Below are positions 26,889 to 32,000 of a DNA stretch of 32,000 nt, piece after piece. The notes beneath the pieces are model-generated. The model ran no database searches. It was not told the DNA's origin and saw nothing but the letters and a program-made list of their open reading frames with translations. The stretch spans positions 90,001 through 122,000 of the forward strand of contig NZ_CP066018.1 of the NCBI RefSeq assembly GCF_016127575.1. The letters run 5' to 3'. How positions within the stretch are numbered: position 1 is the first letter of the stretch; the number at the start of each line of letters is the position of its first letter. The DNA comes from Cupriavidus necator (lineage in GTDB: Bacteria > Pseudomonadota > Gammaproteobacteria > Burkholderiales > Burkholderiaceae). Both the position numbers and the translations under genes were made by a program.

Positions 26889-27713
26889 ATGGGAGCACTT
26901 GAAGGCAAGGTGGCACTGGTCACCGGTTCGGGCCGCGGCATCGGCAACGCCATCGCCATGCGGCTGGCACGCGAAGGCGCGCGCCTGGTCATCAATGACC
27001 TGGACGCCGAGCCGGCGCAACAGACCGTCGAGGAACTGAAGGCAATGGGCGTCGAAGCCGTGGCCTGCGTGGGCAACGTGTCCGCACCGGACTTTGCCGA
27101 CCGCTTCATCAACACGGCGATGAGCAATTTCAAGAGCATCGACATCATCGTCAACAACGCCGGCTTCACCTGGGACGACGTGGTGCAGAAGATGAGCGAC
27201 GAGCAGTGGTACGCCATCCTGGACTGCCACATGACCGCGCCGTTCCGCATCCTGCGCGCCGCCTACCCGCACATCAAGGCACTGGCCGCCGCCGACAAGG
27301 AAGCCGGCCGCGAGGTGTACCGCAAGATCGTCAATATCTCGTCGACCTCGGGCCTGAACGGCAATGCCGGCCAGATCAACTACTCCGGCGCCAAGGCCGG
27401 CGTGATCGGCATGACCCGCGCCATGGCGCGCGAGTGGGGCCGCTTCAACGTCAACGTGAATGCGGTGGCGTTTGGGCTGATCCACACCCGCATGACCTCG
27501 GCCGACGCCAAGGCCGGCGCCACGGTCAACATCGAAGGCCGTGAAATCCGCGTCGGGCTGAATCCGGAGATGCTGAAGTCGCACGCCCAGCGCAATCCGC
27601 TTGGCCGCGGGGGCACCCCGGAAGAAGCCGCGGGCGGCGTGTACCTGTTCTGCTCGCCGGATTCCAACTACATCACCGGCCAGGTGATCGCGGTCGCCGG
27701 CAACGTGCAGTAA
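26889..27713 (+). CDS. short-chain dehydrogenase/reductase (3-hydroxyacyl-CoA dehydrogenase / FabG-like)
   Basis: TGSGRGIG cofactor motif, NNAG, and S...YSGAK catalytic triad context. AAGGAG RBS. Confidence 0.9.
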   Translation: MGALEGKVALVTGSGRGIGNAIAMRLAREGARLVINDLDAEPAQQTVEELKAMGVEAVACVGNVSAPDFADRFINTAMSNFKSIDIIVNNAGFTWDDVVQKMSDEQWYAILDCHMTAPFRILRAAYPHIKALAAADKEAGREVYRKIVNISSTSGLNGNAGQINYSGAKAGVIGMTRAMAREWGRFNVNVNAVAFGLIHTRMTSADAKAGATVNIEGREIRVGLNPEMLKSHAQRNPLGRGGTPEEAAGGVYLFCSPDSNYITGQVIAVAGNVQ

Positions 27714-27730
27714 ATCCAGCCGCACCGAAG

Positions 27731-27756
27731 CGGGGGCTCGCGTTGGCGAGCCCCCG
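27731..27756. terminator. GC-rich hairpin between convergent SDR and pirin genes
   Basis: CGGGGGCTCGC-gttg-GCGAGCCCCCG (11-bp stem). Flanking U-tracts are weak on both strands. Confidence 0.45.
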
Positions 27757-27772
27757 TTGCTGCAGCAGGCGC

Positions 27773-28648
27773 CTACCGGCCGCCCGCCGCGATGCTGCCG
27801 AAATGACCGCTGCTGAAGTCGCGGAAGGCATCGGCAATCTGCTCTTCAGTGTTCATCACGAACGGGCCATGGCCGACGATCGGCTCGTCGATCGGCTCGC
27901 CGCTGAGCAGCAGCACCACCGCGTCGGTGCTGGCTTCGATGTTCACATCCTCGCCGGCACCGTCCAGCACCACCATCTCGGCATCCCGCACCGTCGCCTC
28001 CGCGTTGACGGTGATCTTGCCGCGCAGCACCACCAGCGCGGTATGCCAGCCCTCCGGCAGCGCCAGCCGCGCGCTGGCACCCTGGTTCAGGCGCATATCC
28101 CACACATGCATCGGCGTGAAGGTGCGCGCCGGGCCGGCCTTGCCCGCGTACTCGCCGGCGATCACGCGCACCGTGCCGGCGCCATCGGGCATCGGCACCA
28201 CCGGGATATCGCGGTCGACGATGGCCTGGTAGCCGGGCGTGGTCATCTTGTCGCGCGCCGGCAGGTTGACCCACAGCTGCACCATTTCCAGCGCGCCGCC
28301 GCTTTGCGTAAAGGCCGGCGAGTGGAATTCCTCATGCAGGATGCCGGCGCCCGCCGTCATCCACTGCACGTCGCCGGGGCCGATCACGCCGCCCTGCCCG
28401 GTCGAGTCGCGATGCGCGACCTCGCCCTTGTAGACGATGGTCACGGTCTCGAAACCGCGGTGCGGATGCTGGCCAACCCCGCGCGGGCGCTGCGTCGGCG
28501 TGAAGTCGGCCGGCCCGGCATAGTCCAAAAGCAGAAACGGGCTCAGTTGCTTGCCGTGGCTCATGTACGAAAACATCGAGCGCACCGGAAAGCCATCTCC
28601 GACCCAGTGCTGACGCGGTGCGCTGTAGACGCCCAGAATGCGCTTCAT
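27773..28648 (-). CDS. pirin-family bicupin protein
   Basis: GFPVRSMFS...DYAGP...HPHRGFETVTIVYKGEVAHRDS.G..G.IGPGDVQWMTAGAGILHEE, the canonical pirin metal site. Start at ATG 28648 (GGAG upstream), not the 29041 track start. Confidence 0.9.
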   Translation of the reverse strand: MKRILGVYSAPRQHWVGDGFPVRSMFSYMSHGKQLSPFLLLDYAGPADFTPTQRPRGVGQHPHRGFETVTIVYKGEVAHRDSTGQGGVIGPGDVQWMTAGAGILHEEFHSPAFTQSGGALEMVQLWVNLPARDKMTTPGYQAIVDRDIPVVPMPDGAGTVRVIAGEYAGKAGPARTFTPMHVWDMRLNQGASARLALPEGWHTALVVLRGKITVNAEATVRDAEMVVLDGAGEDVNIEASTDAVVLLLSGEPIDEPIVGHGPFVMNTEEQIADAFRDFSSGHFGSIAAGGR

Positions 28649-28787
28649 GTCTGATCTCCGAGTATGCCGACCGATAGCGGCAGGCAATGATCCATGGAGC
28701 AATGATAGGAGCTGCAGCCGGCGCGCGGTAGACCGTGGGATTGCAATGCAGTGTCCTGTGGCTGGAACGATGCCCGGCCGCCGTCCG

Positions 28788-29366
28788 TCAGAAGCGGTAG
28801 CGCACGTAGCCCATGCTGAAGTTGGTGCCGGGATTGGGCTGCCTGATGCCGGCATTGGACAGGTGCTGGAAGCGGTAGCCGATGGCAAGCCGCTGCGCCT
28901 TGCCGAAGGCAATGCCCACGCCGACCATGTCAGAGAACTGGAACGCCGAGCCCATGCGATGGCCGTCGGCGATCTCGGTATGGCTGAGCACGCGCAAACC
29001 CACGGAGGCTTCAACAAACGGCGTCGCGTACTCGCCCGCATAGCTGAGGCGGAAGATCGGTGACACGCCGAACTCCGTCAGCTGGCTCGACGGCCGGGAC
29101 GACAGCGCCCGCCAGTTTGCGAGATTGACCTCGCCGTCCAGGGACAGCGCAAGGCGGCTTGACAGCTGCCACTGCACGATATCGTCCCAGCGCGCGGCCA
29201 CTTCGTATTTTTCAACGCCGTGGCGGTTGTCGCGGCCATAGCCGCCCTGCATCGAGAAGGTTGCCGCGTCGGCGGCGGCCGGAAGCGCGCACAGGCAGGC
29301 CGCAAACGGAACGGCGGCAGCAAGGTGCGCCAGCCGGCTTGATGGGGTTGCTATCTTCACTGACAT
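28788..29366 (-). CDS. PagL-like lipid A 3-O-deacylase / acyloxyacyl hydrolase (outer-membrane beta-barrel)
   Basis: Signal peptide ending ALPAAADA, alternating beta-strand pattern, FQHLSNAG (His-x-Ser-Asn catalytic motif of PagL) and a C-terminal YRF. Confidence 0.75.
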   Translation of the reverse strand: MSVKIATPSSRLAHLAAAVPFAACLCALPAAADAATFSMQGGYGRDNRHGVEKYEVAARWDDIVQWQLSSRLALSLDGEVNLANWRALSSRPSSQLTEFGVSPIFRLSYAGEYATPFVEASVGLRVLSHTEIADGHRMGSAFQFSDMVGVGIAFGKAQRLAIGYRFQHLSNAGIRQPNPGTNFSMGYVRYRF

Positions 29367-29601
29367 CCGTGGGTTTCGGGCAGCGTCGACGTGTATCGCG
29401 GCGCTGCCACTTTGTTTTGATCACGGCGCTCGAAGATAGCAGCCCTTCAGATTTGCGGAAGCCTGCCCGAAGCAAACACAGTGTTCCAATGCCGAAACAA
29501 TGCGACGTCACGGCCAAGGAATTGGCAAAGCCACAGACAATTGTCGAAACTTGGTAGTACGCGGCTGTCACGGGGCCGCCCACAAGCGCAAGGAGGCCAT
29601 C

Positions 29602-30396
29602 ATGCGCGCCTGCCGACAAGCCCGCCCTGCCGCCAGGGTCGCCGCAGTCTGGCTGCTGGTGGCGGCCATGGCCACCGCGGCCTGGCTGCTGCCGCGCATC
29701 GCGCAGCCGCCGCAATACCATCGTTATGCCGACCCTTACGTCTGCTTCGGCACGCCCCACTGCCTCGACATCGGCTCCAATCTGCTGTTCCTGCTCGCGG
29801 GCGCGGCAGGCCTGCGCTATCTGGGCACCACGGCTGCCAGCCGTGCCTTTATCGCGCCGGCTGAGGCCTGGCCTTTCCGGCTGCTTTTCCTCGCCGTCTT
29901 CCTGGTTGGCCTGGGCTCCGCCTATTACCACCTTGCGCCGGACAACCAGCGGCTGGTGTGGGACAGGGCCCCGCTGGCGTTCGCGCTGATGTCCTGGCTG
30001 GGCGCCAACCTGTGCGAGCGGGTCAGCCTGAAGGCCGGCTTGCGGCTGCTGCCGCTGCTGCTGATCGCAGGGCCGGCCAGCGTCGCCTACTGGGCATGGA
30101 GCGAGGCCCGCGGCATCGGCGACCTGCGCCCTTATCTGCTGGTTCAGGCATCGGCCATGCTGGTGGTGCCGCTGCTGCTCTGCCTCTATGCGCCGCGCTA
30201 CACTGGCGACCGGGATGTGCTGGCCATCACCGGCTGCTATGTGCTGGCCCTGGCTTGCGATGTGCTGGATCACCAGATCGCCGCGCTCACGGGGCTGGTC
30301 AGCGGGCACACACTCAAGCACGTGTTCGCGGCGCTGGCCGTCTATGGCGTCTTGCTTCGGCTGAAGCGGCGCCGCATCGTGGAGGAAGGAACATGA
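29602..30396 (+). CDS. alkaline-ceramidase-like (CREST superfamily) 7-TM membrane hydrolase
   Basis: AGGAGG RBS. QYHRYADPY...IGSNLLFLLAG, GSAYYHLAPDNQRLVWDR, and C-terminal SGHTLKHVFAAL (H-x3-H) match bacterial ceramidase-domain proteins as I remember them. Confidence 0.75.
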   Translation: MRACRQARPAARVAAVWLLVAAMATAAWLLPRIAQPPQYHRYADPYVCFGTPHCLDIGSNLLFLLAGAAGLRYLGTTAASRAFIAPAEAWPFRLLFLAVFLVGLGSAYYHLAPDNQRLVWDRAPLAFALMSWLGANLCERVSLKAGLRLLPLLLIAGPASVAYWAWSEARGIGDLRPYLLVQASAMLVVPLLLCLYAPRYTGDRDVLAITGCYVLALACDVLDHQIAALTGLVSGHTLKHVFAALAVYGVLLRLKRRRIVEEGT

Positions 30397-31778
30397 CCGT
30401 GCCCCAACCTGGTGGCCACGCTCGCGAGCCCAGCGAGCCCTCTGCCCTGGGCGTCGACGTACGGCCGCGCGAAGTGTGGGCATGGGCCATGTACGACTTT
30501 GCCAACTCTGGCTACACCACCGTGGTCATCACCGCGCTGTTCAATGCCTACTTCGTCGCCGTGGTGGCCGGCAATGCGTCCTGGGCCACGCTGGCGTGGA
30601 CCGCGGCGCTTTCGCTCTCCTATGCGCTGGTGGTGCTAAGCGCGCCGCTGGTCGGTGCCTACGCCGACCTGCGCGCAGCCAAGAAGCCACTGCTTGCGGT
30701 GACGACGGCGGGTTGCGTGGTGTTCACCGCCCTGCTCTATTTTGCGCAGCCCGGCACCCTTGGCCTGGCCATCCTGTGCGTGGTCCTGTCCAACTTCTTT
30801 TTCGGCAGCGGCGAAAACCTGATCGCAGCCTTCCTGCCGTCGCTTTCCACCACCCGGGCCCTGGGCAGGGTATCGGGCTGGGGCTGGAGCCTTGGCTATA
30901 TCGGTGGCCTGGCCACGCTGGGCGCATGCCTGCTCTATGTCAACTGGGCCAGCGCACGCGGCCACGTCGCCAGCCAGTTCGTTCCCGTCACCATGCTGAT
31001 CACGGCGGCCATCTTTGCCCTGGCGAGCCTGCCGACCTTCCTGCTGCTGCGCGACCGCGGCGCGCCACGGATCGCTGCGTCCGCGCCGGCTGGCGAACAG
31101 GCCTGGGCCAGGGTATGGCAACGCCTGGGCCAGCTGCGCCAGTTCAGGGACCTGCGCCGCTTCCTGCTGTGCACCCTGTTCTACCAGGCCGGCATCCAGG
31201 CAGTGATCACGCTGACCGCCATCTACGCCAACCAGGCCATGGGCTTCACCATGCAGCAGACCCTGACCCTGGTGCTGGTGGTCAACCTGACGGCGGCGGC
31301 CGGCGCCTTCCTGTTCGGCCCTGTGCAGGACCGCATCGGCCACGTGCGCGCCATTGCCCTGACGCTGCTGGGCTGGATCCTGACCATCCTGCTGGCGCAC
31401 GCCGCGCGCGAAGCGCCGCTGTTCTGGCTTGCCGCCAACGTGGCCGGCCTGTGCCTGGGCGCCGCCCAGTCCGCGGGACGGGCCATGGTGGGGCTGCTGG
31501 CCCCGCCCTCGCGCGCGGCCGAGTTCTTCGGTCTGTGGGGCCTGGCGGTCAAGCTGGCCTCGATCGCCGGGCCGCTGACCTATGGCATGGCAAGCTGGCT
31601 GACGGGCGGCGATCACCGGCAGGCGCTGCTGGTCACCGGCAGCTACTTCGTGGTCGGGCTGGGCCTGCTGTGCGGGGTCAACACCATGCGGGGCCGGCGG
31701 GCTGCCTTGCGCGCTGAGCGGATGGTCGGGCTGGAGACCGGGTACGGAGCCGCCACTGCCGGCCCCGCTTGCCATTAG
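30393..31778 (+). CDS. MFS transporter, UMF1 (Atg22-like) family
   Basis: The ATG overlaps the upstream TGA (ATGA at 30393-30396). VWAWAMYDFANSGYTTVVITALFNAYF is the UMF1-type N-terminus. About 12 TM segments. Confidence 0.85.
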   Translation: MTVPQPGGHAREPSEPSALGVDVRPREVWAWAMYDFANSGYTTVVITALFNAYFVAVVAGNASWATLAWTAALSLSYALVVLSAPLVGAYADLRAAKKPLLAVTTAGCVVFTALLYFAQPGTLGLAILCVVLSNFFFGSGENLIAAFLPSLSTTRALGRVSGWGWSLGYIGGLATLGACLLYVNWASARGHVASQFVPVTMLITAAIFALASLPTFLLLRDRGAPRIAASAPAGEQAWARVWQRLGQLRQFRDLRRFLLCTLFYQAGIQAVITLTAIYANQAMGFTMQQTLTLVLVVNLTAAAGAFLFGPVQDRIGHVRAIALTLLGWILTILLAHAAREAPLFWLAANVAGLCLGAAQSAGRAMVGLLAPPSRAAEFFGLWGLAVKLASIAGPLTYGMASWLTGGDHRQALLVTGSYFVVGLGLLCGVNTMRGRRAALRAERMVGLETGYGAATAGPACH

Positions 31779-31867
31779 CAGCACGGACGGCAGACTAAAA
31801 TGAAACTGCCCTTTGGCGATTGGATCGCTCTTTCGGCTTCCGGACGCTGAAGCTCTGGCGACAGCCC

Positions 31868-32000
31868 ATGCCAGCAAACCTCACTCCAGAGTACAAGCAG
31901 GCCGAACAAGCCTATCGGCTGGCACGCCAGCCGCGCGAGCAGCTCGAATGCCTGAAGGAGATGCTCCGTGTCATCCCGAAGCACAAGGGGACGGAGCATC
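31868..32000 (+). CDS. DRG/Obg-like GTP-binding protein, N-terminal 44 codons (3' end outside window)
   Basis: MPANLTPEYKQAEQAYRLARQPREQLECLKEMLRVIPKHKGTEH is the characteristic N-terminus of bacterial DRG-type (TGS-domain) GTPases. The frame runs off the window. Confidence 0.65.
   Translation, partial: MPANLTPEYKQAEQAYRLARQPREQLECLKEMLRVIPKHKGTEH

Noticed and set aside
28684-28747. Short repeats upstream of pirin: GCAATGAT twice (28684-28691, 28699-28706) and the 8-nt palindrome ATTGCAAT (28740-28747)
   Set aside because: They are too short to distinguish from chance, and no cognate regulator gene is adjacent.

Overview
High-GC (by eye about two-thirds G+C) bacterial chromosomal DNA. The gene content (orphan Bug/TctC-type binding protein, Burkholderiales-type general porin, several thiolase/DUF35/acyl-CoA modules, IclR, GntR and MalT-like LuxR regulators) looks like a Burkholderiales genome of the Cupriavidus/Ralstonia type; the taxon is inference only. 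I can support 30 intact or window-truncated CDS, 5 gene relics, several intrinsic terminators and three candidate operator sets. I saw no rRNA, tRNA, CRISPR array, transposase, integrase or phage gene. Layout: 1-4.8 kb holds housekeeping-like genes (alpha/beta-hydrolase 3' end, DUF962, YihY, WrbA-DUF2069, FAD-linked 2-hydroxyacid dehydrogenase). 4.8-13.4 kb is one minus-strand block: IclR, then a family-5 SBP with 2 permeases and 2 ATPases, then a porin and an N-formylglutamate-amidohydrolase-family enzyme. 13.4-27.8 kb is a mosaic acyl-CoA catabolic region: GntR, then divergently a Cys-less thiolase-like protein, DUF35 and an acyl-CoA ligase; an orphan Bug SBP; a MalT-like STAND/LuxR regulator; and an operon of ACAD, SCP-x thiolase, two-subunit MaoC hydratase and SDR. 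27.8-32 kb holds pirin, a PagL-like lipid A deacylase, a divergent ceramidase-like 7-TM hydrolase translationally coupled to a UMF1-family MFS, and the start of a DRG/Obg-like GTPase. The most interesting part is the 13.4-27.8 kb region. It looks like an uncharacterised side-chain-type beta-oxidation/C-C-lyase pathway assembled by rearrangements that left truncated genes at three junctions: a CoA-transferase gene apparently split by the three-gene cassette, a fused pair of 5' gene stubs, and a stranded LuxR HTH. No mobile-element gene is present. All functional calls come from reading the translations and from remembered family signatures; none has been checked against a database.
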